The notes: generated by a model not told the origin, from the sequence alone. Positions 1 through 8,165 are shown, counted from the stretch's first letter. The stretch: 64,000 bases of DNA from Bacillota bacterium (GCA_040757085.1 JBFLXJ010000033.1:28751-92750); one strand, 5' to 3'. A program made the numbers and translations.

Positions 1-302
1 AGGTAGAGCCAGATATTATCGAACACGTTGAACTGGTGGGTAAGCCCTCCCCCCTGGGGAACCAGGGCAATGTGACGTCTCACCTGGAATGACTCGGTGC
101 GTATGTCGTACCCGCAGACCCTGGCGGTCCCGGTGCAGGGCGGGATGGCCGTGGTGAGCATCCTCACCGTGGTGGTCTTGCCCGCACCGTTCGGGCCCAG
201 GAGCGCGAATATGCACCCCTCCTCCACCGCCAGATCGAGTTCCCTCACCGCCCAGGTCATCCGGTACCGCTTGCCCAGGCGCTCCCCCTCCACGATCGCC
301 AC
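1..302 (-). CDS. ABC transporter ATP-binding protein, N-terminal part only; the gene runs off the window start
   Basis: My own reverse-complement translation of 1-302 gives VAIVEGERLGKRYRMTWAVRELDLAVEEGCIFALLGPNGAGKTTTVRMLTTAIPPCTGTARVCGYDIRTESFQVRRHIALVPQ. This has a Walker A motif and an ABC N-terminus. No stop occurs before the window edge, so it is missing from the ORF track. I placed a GTG start at 300-302, with GGGGGTGAGAGGG upstream. Confidence 0.55.
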   Translation of the reverse strand, partial: MAIVEGERLGKRYRMTWAVRELDLAVEEGCIFALLGPNGAGKTTTVRMLTTAIPPCTGTARVCGYDIRTESFQVRRHIALVPQGGGLTHQFNVFDNIWLY

Positions 303-548
303 CCTCTCACCCCCGCGCCACCGGCCTCGCCGGATGCCCGCTGCACGCGTCAGGCGTCCGCCGACACACGACCGCAACGGGACCTCGGAGCAGCCCAACG
401 CATGCCTACTGTCGCAGCGCAATATTCTCGCCGGTACGGCAGATACCTTCAACGCTTCACGCGCATCACCCCCATTCTCAAAAGCGGAAGGGGTCCCGCA
501 TAGCGACCAGGATCTGCTCAGGAACAAGAAATTGACAGATAGCAAAGG

Positions 549-848
549 CTAGGGTAATGTACCAGCAGACCTTCCTTTCCGTGGTGACGAGGGCACCGGC
601 CAAGGGGTCCACCGGTTGAGGTGATGGTCTTGGTCGGACTCCTTACACCCGAGGAGGTTGATCTGGCCCACCTCAGCGACGCGGAGCCCTATGACTGGGG
701 GCCAGGTGGGCCGCCCAAAGGCAAACCGCTCCGGTACGAGCCCGGCGTTGGTGTCGTAATAGTTGACCAGAGGAACCAAGATGGTTAAGAGGGTCACGCC
801 CCCGCGTCGCCGCAGGAACTGCAGGCCCTCCTGGCAACTCCCTTGCAC
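549..848 (-). CDS. hypothetical protein (99 aa, GTG start), unknown function
   Basis: ORF track 549..848. It contains a non-low-complexity stretch, LVPLVNYYDTNAGLVPERFAFGRPTWPPVIGLRVAEVGQ. I recognise no motif and see no clear RBS. Confidence 0.2.
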   Translation of the reverse strand: MQGSCQEGLQFLRRRGGVTLLTILVPLVNYYDTNAGLVPERFAFGRPTWPPVIGLRVAEVGQINLLGCKESDQDHHLNRWTPWPVPSSPRKGRSAGTLP

Positions 849-1114
849 TGCTCGATCAGACCAGAGCTGTGGACCTCGCGCGGGTTACCGCATACATAGG
901 CGCGCTGCCACGAAAGGCGTATCAACCCGTACGCGACAGCATCCTGCGCATGCTGGCGCGCCCCAGGAGGACCCGGCGGGGCAAGAGGGAGTAACTGTCA
1001 GGCCCGCGGGCCGCAGTGACGACGTGCCCGGCGGGAGTCAATGGCCCAGGCGGCACAACCCGGGGGCTTTCAGGGGCCCCAATGCCGGCCACCGTTCCAT
1101 GGGGGGTGGGAATC

Positions 1115-1831
1115 ATGAACGCGGTGGTATTCGACCTGTTTCACACCCTGGTGGATCCCGAACAGTTTCGTCCTCCAGGCTTCGTGCGGTCACACGCCGT
1201 CGCCGACCTGCTGGGGTTTCCCCGGGCCGAGTTTACGCACTACTGGGCCCTGACCAGGCACCAGCGCAACACCGATTCGTCTCTCTCCGTGCGGACGCTC
1301 ATCCGGGAATACGCCCTGTCCAGGGGCCTGCCCGCGTCCGAGCAGGCTCTGCAGGAAGCGGAGGAGTGCCTGGGCAGGTACCAGGATAGGGCCATCCTGG
1401 AACCCGACCCTGGGGTACTCGATGCCCTGCGGAACCTCAGGGGCCGGGGGATGCGCATCGCCGTGCTGAGCAACGTGGACGCACGTGAAATCGCGGCGTG
1501 GCCGCGCTCGCCCCTCCGCCCGCTGGTGGACCGGACCTGCTTCTCCTGCTTCACCGGGGTGGAGAAGCCCGACCCGCGGGCGTTCGCCATGTGCCTGGAG
1601 GCTCTCGGTGTGGCAGCGGCGGATGCGGCCTTCGTCGGGGACGGGGGCGACGGCGAACTGGTGGGGGCGAAGCGGGCCGGTTTCGGGTGCGTCGTCTTCC
1701 TGCGCCGCTGGGTAGCAGTGAACGGGTTACGTTCCCCGGAGGAACTCGCTGCCTTCGCCCGGCAGGCAGACTGTTGCGTGGACGATTTCCCCGCGCTGGT
1801 GGATCTCCTGCTGTCTAGTTCCCGCGGCTGA
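1115..1831 (+). CDS. HAD-superfamily hydrolase
   Basis: An internal ATG at 1115 is preceded by GGGGGGTGGGAATC. The N-terminus MNAVVFDLFHTLVDPE resembles HAD motif I, and the C-terminal LSNVD...FVGDGGDG resembles HAD motifs III/IV. Confidence 0.6.
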   Translation: MNAVVFDLFHTLVDPEQFRPPGFVRSHAVADLLGFPRAEFTHYWALTRHQRNTDSSLSVRTLIREYALSRGLPASEQALQEAEECLGRYQDRAILEPDPGVLDALRNLRGRGMRIAVLSNVDAREIAAWPRSPLRPLVDRTCFSCFTGVEKPDPRAFAMCLEALGVAAADAAFVGDGGDGELVGAKRAGFGCVVFLRRWVAVNGLRSPEELAAFARQADCCVDDFPALVDLLLSSSRG

Positions 1832-1861
1832 TGGCCATCCTCCTGGGCCCGTACGGCTCGC

Positions 1862-2515
1862 CTATCCGCGCTTCCTGCACAGGATGATCCTCTGCTCAGC
1901 ACGATCCGAACCCGCGAAGTCCAGGATCTGCCACGCCCCCTCAACCAGGGCAGCGATCTCATCGTTCTGGTAGACCCGGAACAGCATCCCTTCCCACTCC
2001 CCGCCCGTGTAGCGGATGGTGCCGTCGGCCAGGACCTCGTGGGGCGGGGCCCCCTGGTCCTCCTCCTCCCCATCAAACGAACAGAGCAGGACACCGCCCG
2101 GCCTCGTGATGCGCGCGAATTCCCTCACCACCAGCCTTGCCTCGAAGAGCGTCATGTGATCGAGTACGCTCCAGGCCAGTACACCGTCGAACGACTCTGT
2201 TTCCGCATCGATATTGCCCCACTCGTAGCTGCATCTCTCCAGACTGAGACCTTCCCGCGAAGCCCTCTCCTCGCAAAGGCGGACGGCTTCTGCCGAGATA
2301 TCCGCCACCGCCACGCGATAACCGAGCCTGGCGAGGGCAAGAGCGTTGCGACCCAAGCCGCAGCCGAAATCCAGGACCCGCCCTCCTTCCGGCAGCATGG
2401 CCAGGAAAGTGCGGCAGGCCTGCCGGGGCCCTTCGAACACCGACGGTCGGGCCGATCCGCTGGCGTGTGCCGCCCTGCGCACAGACTCGTCCCAATAGTC
2501 CCTTGGTGTCCTCAA
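1862..2515 (-). CDS. class I SAM-dependent methyltransferase
   Basis: VLDFGCGLGRNALALARLGYRVAVADIS is the glycine-rich SAM-binding motif I; acidic motif II follows. Confidence 0.7.
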   Translation of the reverse strand: MRTPRDYWDESVRRAAHASGSARPSVFEGPRQACRTFLAMLPEGGRVLDFGCGLGRNALALARLGYRVAVADISAEAVRLCEERASREGLSLERCSYEWGNIDAETESFDGVLAWSVLDHMTLFEARLVVREFARITRPGGVLLCSFDGEEEDQGAPPHEVLADGTIRYTGGEWEGMLFRVYQNDEIAALVEGAWQILDFAGSDRAEQRIILCRKRG

Positions 2516-2850
2516 TTCTGACCCTCCCCGGCATCCGGTACCGCGGAACCCTCACCGTCTGCTTGGACGAAGGGTGACGCCTCACGTCCCAGCTCGCGGG
2601 GCAGGGCACAACAGACCGCCCGCAGGGTGGTCGCCACCTGCTTGGTCCGGTAGCCCTCCATCCAGCTCTCGCCGAAGAGTTCGTCGGTAATGAGGAGCAT
2701 TCTCCTCAAGACCGGGGATTCTCGCTGGCAGCACCTGCCTCCTTCTTCAACGACGCGGCAAAGACTTGGACCAGGACTCTCCCCGCTCGGGTCCCCCATC
2801 CAGGAAGCCGTTCACCAGAACGGCCGTCCCTGCAAACCCCCAGTCCAGCA

Positions 2851-3714
2851 TCAAGCGGAAGTGGGTCCGGCCAGGAGCCGGAGAATCTGGGGGATGTACC
2901 TGCGTGTCTCCTCTTCCCCCGCGGAGCTATATCGTTCGATATTTCTGGCCATCGACGCGGACGGGGGCGGCAACACTGGCGCGATGACCACGTCCGCGAG
3001 AGAGGCCAGCCGTGCGCGGATTGCCTCCCGCTCGAGCAAACCTATGGCGCGTGCGATTATTTCCACCGCGTTGTCCACTTCAACCGGTTCTTCCTGCCCT
3101 GATAGAAGGTCGACCGCTACCACGAACTCTGCCCCCAAAGCCCTCAGGACCGCGGTGGGAACCATGTCACGCACGGCGCCATCCACCAGCTTTCGACCAT
3201 CGAGCCGCTTTGGCACAAACACGCCCGGTATTGAGATGCTCGCCCGGATTGCTTCGGACACCCGAACGTCCGTAAGCCAGCAGGTGCGTGCCAAGGGCAG
3301 GACGCCAGGGTTTTCCAGCGTCGACATGATCACCAGTTCCCCGGTCTCGATGTCCACCGCCTCAATAACCACCGGCGGATCCACGTCCGACAGGCTACGC
3401 CCTCCAAGGAGACGGTCAAGTTCCCTCTCGATGACGTCGCCGTCGACCATTCCCGCCCGTGTGCTAAGACCCCTGGCGATAGCCGGAATTCCCTTCACCA
3501 CCAACCTCGATGGCACCGCCATCCGTCTTAACTCGCGCTCAATGTCGCCCAGGGCCACTCCAGCTGCATACAGCCCCGCAGCAATTGCTCCGGCGCTGGT
3601 TCCCGAGACCAGGTCAGGCCGCAGCCCAGCATCGGCCAGCGCTTTGAACATGCCCACGTAGGCCAGGCCGTACAATCCGCCGGCCCCCAATGCTAGTCCC
3701 CACCTCTTAGCCAC
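2851..3714 (-). CDS. patatin-like phospholipase
   Basis: The N-terminus has GAGGLYG and GTSAG (a GxSxG nucleophile elbow), and a later DGA supplies the Asp of the dyad. GTG start with GGAGGGGGTG upstream. Confidence 0.7.
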   Translation of the reverse strand: MAKRWGLALGAGGLYGLAYVGMFKALADAGLRPDLVSGTSAGAIAAGLYAAGVALGDIERELRRMAVPSRLVVKGIPAIARGLSTRAGMVDGDVIERELDRLLGGRSLSDVDPPVVIEAVDIETGELVIMSTLENPGVLPLARTCWLTDVRVSEAIRASISIPGVFVPKRLDGRKLVDGAVRDMVPTAVLRALGAEFVVAVDLLSGQEEPVEVDNAVEIIARAIGLLEREAIRARLASLADVVIAPVLPPPSASMARNIERYSSAGEEETRRYIPQILRLLAGPTSA

Positions 3715-4085
3715 GAAGTGACACCCCCTCCGCGCGCGCAGAAAGCACTCGTCTGCCCCTGCACGCCGGTGTTAAGCTTGCCTTTGCACGGATTACTCAA
3801 CATCGCACAGCCCCACCGTACGCCTCGCCCTGTGAGGTCACCGAACCGTACCCAAAAGACGGCGGGGCGCACTTTTCCAGGTTCGCCCCGCCCGTGGTGG
3901 ATTCCTCGCTCACCGCCCAAAGCTTATTCCTTTGACGTGGGAGCCCTGGCGAGCCCGCGGCGAGGGGCCCGCCGGGCGGGCCTCGGAGGAAAAGTAAAGG
4001 CCGCCCGGCGGCTCCCCCGGCCCCGCCCGACTGCCCCCAAAACCGTCGGCAGAAACCGTTGCGGCTCAAAAGCTTTCAAAACTTT

Positions 4086-4173
4086 TGGTGCCGAAGGTGG
4101 GACTCGAACCCACACGGGCCTTGCGCCCACGGCGCCCTGAACACCGCGTGTCTACCTATTCCACCACTTCGGC
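4086..4173 (-). tRNA. tRNA-Leu(CAG), type II with long variable arm, CCA encoded
   Basis: The reverse complement folds as follows. Acceptor stem GCCGAAG/CTTCGGC. Anticodon stem CGGTG/CGCCG with loop TTCAGGG, giving anticodon CAG. Variable arm GGGCGCAAGGCCC. T-arm GTGGG-TTCGAGT-CCCAC. Discriminator A followed by CCA. Confidence 0.8.
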
Positions 4174-4183
4174 ACCTGCCAGT

Positions 4184-4243
4184 ATGATAGCACAAGCCCG
4201 CCCGCCGCGCAAGCACTGGCCGTCTTCGGCACTGGCCGTCTTC
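4184..4243 (-). promoter_or_regulatory. putative sigma-A promoter of tRNA-Leu(CAG) (TTGCGC-17-TATCAT) with a 16-nt tandem direct repeat immediately upstream
   Basis: Minus-strand reading gives TTGCGC (4212-4207), a 17-nt spacer, TATCAT (4189-4184), then the tRNA 5' end about 10 nt downstream. GCACTGGCCGTCTTCG occurs twice in tandem at 4212-4243. Confidence 0.4.
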
Positions 4244-4310
4244 GGTTCTGATGTCAGTCTGCGGCACACCCGGAGACCAGCGCACATCTCTCCGGGCACG
4301 CTGTCGGCGT

Positions 4311-5237
4311 TCAGTGGGAGGTGACCATGTCCAGGAGCCCGCGCTGCCTCGCCAGCCGCTCGCAGCCCACGAAGACCGCCAGGCACACCAGCGCCAGAAC
4401 CAGGGCTGTCCCCAGCAGTATCGCCAGGATCACGCCGTCGGAGGCCCAGGCCAGGGCCCCGGTGGTCATGCCGCGACCCAGGCAGGCTCGCCGCAGTCCC
4501 TCGATCCACCAGGTGAGGGGTAGAACCTGGGATAGAGGTTGCACCCATCCCGGGAGGATGTCGACCGGATAAACCACTCCCGCCAGGACGTAGAACATTC
4601 CGGCCAGCGCTTCCGAATACACACCACCATGCCGGGCGCTCACCAGGTACACGCCAGCCAGGGCCATCCCCAGGGCGGCGCAGGTGAGGATTCCGAGTAC
4701 GAAGACGGGAAGGAAGTACGCCCAGTTCACCCGCGACGCGTACAGGGGTATCCCCAGGAACAGGCGGCCAAACGCGAGCAGAATGATTACCGAAAGGCCC
4801 CCGATGGCCGCGCCAGCAGCCGCTCGCCCCACTACATACCACTGCAGCCGTCCGGGGAGGATGTAGATGTACCGGAAGGTGCGGAAAAACTCACGGTCCT
4901 CCCAGATACACCAACTCACCCCCATCATGACCTGCCCCACGAAGACGAAGAAGGCATTGCCGAGGTACACGTGGGCGAACATGGGCGAGGAAAGGGCATC
5001 CCGGGAGATGACCAGGTACATGAAGACCAGGATGAGCCCCTGGGCTACGGGCCGGAAGATGGAATAGACCGCAAACAGGAAGGGATCCGTCCAGTTGGAG
5101 CCGATCTGCCAGCCCAGCCAGGCCCCCGTGCGCATGAGGTGCCACCACCCCCCGCGGACGCAAGCCGGATCGCCGGGCTTGCAGGGCAGGTCAGCCACCG
5201 CACGGGGATGGGAGCCCCCGGCTGAGTTTACTGCCAT
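4311..5237 (-). CDS. ABC-2 type transporter permease (second of two)
   Basis: The C-terminal ~300 aa of the 565-aa ORF 4311..6008 has a typical ABC-2 six-helix permease sequence. The ATG at 5237 overlaps the upstream stop (ATGGCAGTAA); an alternative ATG lies at 5135. Confidence 0.6.
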   Translation of the reverse strand: MAVNSAGGSHPRAVADLPCKPGDPACVRGGWWHLMRTGAWLGWQIGSNWTDPFLFAVYSIFRPVAQGLILVFMYLVISRDALSSPMFAHVYLGNAFFVFVGQVMMGVSWCIWEDREFFRTFRYIYILPGRLQWYVVGRAAAGAAIGGLSVIILLAFGRLFLGIPLYASRVNWAYFLPVFVLGILTCAALGMALAGVYLVSARHGGVYSEALAGMFYVLAGVVYPVDILPGWVQPLSQVLPLTWWIEGLRRACLGRGMTTGALAWASDGVILAILLGTALVLALVCLAVFVGCERLARQRGLLDMVTSH

Positions 5238-6100
5238 CGCATGGTCAGCCTCCCTTCCCGCTTGGCCACCCGTTCCATGTATCCCAGAGCCAGCGAGGCG
5301 GCGACCAGGTACAGTACGGCCAGGCCAGCATTGATCGCTACCTCCACCCCGGCGGGCAGGAACCCCATCCCGGCATCGCCGAATGCCAGTTGACGCAGGG
5401 CATCCAGTCCCAGGGCAAGGGGCACCACCGAGGCCAGGGCGGCCACCCAGAAGCCCAGGGCCTTCACGGGGAAGTAGAATCCCGAAAGGAGGAATACGGG
5501 CTCCTGCAGGAGGTTGGATAGGTGCCAGGCCTCCCGACCGTGCAGCAGGAAGAGGGAGGCAAACACCATGCCCAGCCCGTACAGGGCAACGAGGGTGACC
5601 AGGAAGGCGGCCAGCAGGAGGCCCAGCGCCTCTGTGCGGTACTCCACCCCGAAAGCAAGGCTGCCCAGCGCCAGCACGCCCCCCGCCCGCACCGTGGTTT
5701 GAACGATGCCGCCGAGGGCCATGCCGCCCAGGATGGACATGCGGGAGATGGGGGCGATGAAGAACAGCTCCAGTTGCCCGCTCTGCTTGTCGAAGTAGAA
5801 TGTCGACCCCATGCCCCACAGGACGTGCAACCAGTACGCGGAGATAGCCCCTCCTAACACGGCGTAGCCCACGAACACTTCCGGGGCCTGCAGGGAGCGG
5901 TAGATGTATACGTAAGCGGCCACGGCCAGGATGGGCAGGAATGTATCGAAGAACACCCATGACAACTCCCGATTGGTGCCCACCACCCGCACGTAAGCAC
6001 GACCCCACAGGGCCCGCATGTTGTCCACCAGGTAGGACGTCATGCTCGCACGGGGCAGGGCCGCTCCCGGCTGTCTCCTGTCAAGGCTCGCCCCGGGCAT
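5228..6100 (-). CDS. ABC-2 type transporter permease (first of two)
   Basis: ORF 5228..6109 is hydrophobic with an ABC-2 permease profile. I prefer the ATG at 6100, 6 nt after AGGTGA. It overlaps the 3' end of the ATPase gene. Confidence 0.6.
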   Translation of the reverse strand: MPGASLDRRQPGAALPRASMTSYLVDNMRALWGRAYVRVVGTNRELSWVFFDTFLPILAVAAYVYIYRSLQAPEVFVGYAVLGGAISAYWLHVLWGMGSTFYFDKQSGQLELFFIAPISRMSILGGMALGGIVQTTVRAGGVLALGSLAFGVEYRTEALGLLLAAFLVTLVALYGLGMVFASLFLLHGREAWHLSNLLQEPVFLLSGFYFPVKALGFWVAALASVVPLALGLDALRQLAFGDAGMGFLPAGVEVAINAGLAVLYLVAASLALGYMERVAKREGRLTMRWQ

Positions 6101-7241
6101 GGTCTTCACCTGCCGTTTCTTCCTCGAGACCCCTGCCCACCAGAGAGACGAAGACGTCCTCCAGGGTGGGTTCTTCCTTGCGGAATGCGCGCACGCGGAT
6201 GCCCGCCTCGTCCATGCGTCCCATCACGGGCACGATGGCGGCGTCCTCTGCGAGGACGAGGGTGAGTTCGCACACGCCCCGCCCCGGCACCACCCGCTGA
6301 CGGGACGACCTCACCCCCGGCCAGGCCGCAACCGTGGCCGCCAGGCGCTCGTCCGCAACCGCTTGACCATCCACCTCCAGGCGGATGACCACTTCCCGGC
6401 CCAGGGATCGCTTGAGGGCCGCCGGGGAATCGCAGGCCAGGATACGGCCCCGGTCGATGATGGCCACCCTGTCGCAGAGTTCGTCCGCTTCCGCCATGTA
6501 GTGGGTGGTGAGGAGGACGGTTCGTCCGGGGCACTCAGCAATCCACTCCCGGATAAAGCCGCGGATGGTGCGGGCTGCGTTCACGTCCAGGCCGACTGTG
6601 GGCTCGTCCAGGAAGATGACGGCGGGATCGGAGATGAATCCCCGGGCGAAATTCATCTTCTGCTTCTGGCCGGTGGACAACCGGTTGATGCGGGTGCTGG
6701 CCTTTTCCGCCAGGTCCAGCCTGGCCATGAGGGCGTCGATGCGGCGGAGGGCCTCGCGGGAAGGGATCCCGTAGAACTGGGAGAACATCCACAGGTTCTC
6801 CCGCACGGTGAGGACGTCGTATCCCACCGATTCGCCGCCGGAAACCATGTTGATCAGGCGCTTGACCGCCATCGGTTCCTTCACCACGTCATGACCGCCC
6901 ACCAGGGCGCGGCCGGACGTGGGGTAAAGCAGGGTGGCCAGGATCTTGATCAGCGTGGTCTTTCCCGCTCCGTTAGGGCCCAGCAGGCCGAATAGTTCTC
7001 CTTCCCTCACCTGGAGGTCGACCCCCTCCAGCGCCCTGATCTCTCGCACCACCCGACTCCGCCGCCCTCCTGGCCAGAACCGGCGCCCGCGGCCGCGGGC
7101 GTTACTGGCGCAGGCGCCAGCGGACGGCTCCTCCTGCGCGGCGGCCGGCGGCTTATCCTCGGCGGCGACCGGTCGCTTCTCCTTTTTCTCGCCCCGGACC
7201 TGGAAGGTGCGGGTGAGTTTCTCCGTTTCTATGGCGAGCAT
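6081..7241 (-). CDS. ABC transporter ATP-binding protein with a low-complexity N-terminal insertion
   Basis: Contains Walker A (GLLGPNGAGKTTL), the signature LSTGQKQKMNFARG, Walker B (IFLDEPTVGLD) and an H-loop (TTHYM). A strong RBS, GGGAGGTAAACC, precedes the ATG. Residues ~17-60 (KEKRPVAAEDKPPAAAQEEPSAGA...) are an insertion. Confidence 0.85.
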   Translation of the reverse strand: MLAIETEKLTRTFQVRGEKKEKRPVAAEDKPPAAAQEEPSAGACASNARGRGRRFWPGGRRSRVVREIRALEGVDLQVREGELFGLLGPNGAGKTTLIKILATLLYPTSGRALVGGHDVVKEPMAVKRLINMVSGGESVGYDVLTVRENLWMFSQFYGIPSREALRRIDALMARLDLAEKASTRINRLSTGQKQKMNFARGFISDPAVIFLDEPTVGLDVNAARTIRGFIREWIAECPGRTVLLTTHYMAEADELCDRVAIIDRGRILACDSPAALKRSLGREVVIRLEVDGQAVADERLAATVAAWPGVRSSRQRVVPGRGVCELTLVLAEDAAIVPVMGRMDEAGIRVRAFRKEEPTLEDVFVSLVGRGLEEETAGEDHARGEP

Positions 7242-7264
7242 GGTTTACCTCCCATCAGCAAGAA

Positions 7265-7288
7265 GAGAGCCGGGTTGCCCCGGCTCTC
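7265..7288 (-). terminator. terminator-like hairpin (attenuator candidate) 15 nt upstream of the ABC ATPase RBS
   Basis: GAGAGCCGGG-GCAA-CCCGGCTCTC is a perfect 10-bp stem. On the minus strand it is followed by TTCTTGCT and preceded by a TTTTT run. Confidence 0.4.
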
Positions 7289-7382
7289 CTGCAGAAAAAC
7301 GAAGACCCTCCGGCTGGAGCCAGGGCAATGCCCCTCCCGCTCCGGCCAGGGGCCCGGACAGCCTCACCTGGGCCGGGCGGAC

Positions 7383-7418
7383 CTAGATGCTGCCACCTTC
7401 CTCGCGGATTTTGAACAT
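7383..7418 (-). CDS. putative 11-codon leader peptide ORF (MFKIREEGGSI) upstream of the ABC-2 operon
   Basis: My own translation: GGGAGGAGGTG sits 6 nt upstream of an ATG, followed by 11 codons and a TAG. It lies between a sigma-A-like promoter and a terminator-like hairpin. Confidence 0.3.
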   Translation of the reverse strand: MFKIREEGGSI

Positions 7419-7451
7419 GTCCGCACCTCCTCCCGTACACGACCGTACGCG

Positions 7452-7481
7452 AGATTACCACATGCTGCCTACCAGTGTCAA
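7452..7481 (-). promoter_or_regulatory. putative sigma-A promoter (TTGACA-18-TAATCT with a TGg extended -10) for the leader and ABC-2 operon
   Basis: Minus-strand reading gives TTGACA (7481-7476), an 18-nt spacer, then TGGTAATCT (-10 at 7457-7452). It is located in the coaE to ABC intergenic region. Confidence 0.4.
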
Positions 7482-7522
7482 TCCCACCCAGGGCAACCGT
7501 CCCAGCCGCCATTCAGGGCGGC

Positions 7523-8143
7523 TCAGTCGCAGCGGTGGGGATGGGGCGCGTCGCGCGTGGCTTCCTGCCAGCACTGCAGCACCTGGTCGCGGGTCCGGTC
7601 CGGGGAGCCGTCGTTGTGGATGACGCGGTCGGCCAGGCGGACCTTCTCCTCGAGGGGCATCTGGGCCTGCAGGCGTGCTTCCGCCTCTTGCGGGGCAAGA
7701 CCGTTGCGCCTGCACAGGCGTTCGATCTGTTGCTGACGCGAGCAGGTCACCACCCAGACCTCGTCCACCGCGTCGCGCATACCGGCTTCCAGCAGTAAGG
7801 GCGCATCGATGACCAGGACCTCCACGCCCTGCTGGCGGGCCTGTTCCACCATCTCGCGGATGAGGCGGATGATGGAGGGATGGGTGATGGCATCCAGGTC
7901 GGCCCGAGCCTGCCGGTCGTGAAAGATGATATCCGCCAGGCGGGCGCGGTCGAGGGATCCATCGGGACGAAGGATGCCGCGCCCAAACCGCTCCGCCACC
8001 CGGGCCAGCACCGGACTGCCCGGGGCCAGCACCTCGCGCGCCACCTGGTCCGCATCCAGCACGGTGGCGCCCAACTCCCGCAACATGGCTGCCACCGTGC
8101 TCTTTCCACAGGCGATGCCCCCCGTGACTCCTATGACCAGCAG
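7523..8143 (-). CDS. coaE: dephospho-CoA kinase; the start is probably non-canonical (CTG)
   Basis: The P-loop GVTGGIACGKST is encoded in frame at 8130-8096, upstream of the first ATG/GTG at 8095. The in-frame stop TGA sits at 8161-8159. The only possible start codons upstream of the P-loop are CTG at 8143 and 8140, or ATA, with GAGGGGG/GAGGTGG just upstream. Confidence 0.7.
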   Translation of the reverse strand: MLVIGVTGGIACGKSTVAAMLRELGATVLDADQVAREVLAPGSPVLARVAERFGRGILRPDGSLDRARLADIIFHDRQARADLDAITHPSIIRLIREMVEQARQQGVEVLVIDAPLLLEAGMRDAVDEVWVVTCSRQQQIERLCRRNGLAPQEAEARLQAQMPLEEKVRLADRVIHNDGSPDRTRDQVLQCWQEATRDAPHPHRCD

Positions 8144-8165
8144 GCCACCTCGACCCCCTCACCAG

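Noticed and set aside
2512-2799. 95-aa minus-strand ORF between the patatin and methyltransferase genes
   Set aside because: A possible small protein (…MLLITDELFGESWMEGYRTKQVATTLRAVC…). It has no convincing RBS: GAGGAG abuts the ATG, and the TTG alternative has none. I recognise no motif. It is left unannotated and could be intergenic.
3950-4085. GC-rich imperfect hairpins downstream of tRNA-Leu(CAG) (GCCGGGCGGGCC...GGCCGCCCGGC)
   Set aside because: They could be a tRNA terminator or structural element. There is no U-tract and no recognisable RNA family, so they were not called.
4311-6008. 565-aa minus-strand ORF
   Set aside because: Only the C-terminal ~300 codons, an ABC-2 permease, are real. 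The N-terminal half overlaps the upstream permease gene out of frame.
7455-8162. 235-aa minus-strand ORF over coaE
   Set aside because: It is the wrong frame. The coaE frame carries the P-loop and kinase motifs. It is noted because its GTG would be the only canonical start near the P-loop, but it is out of frame.
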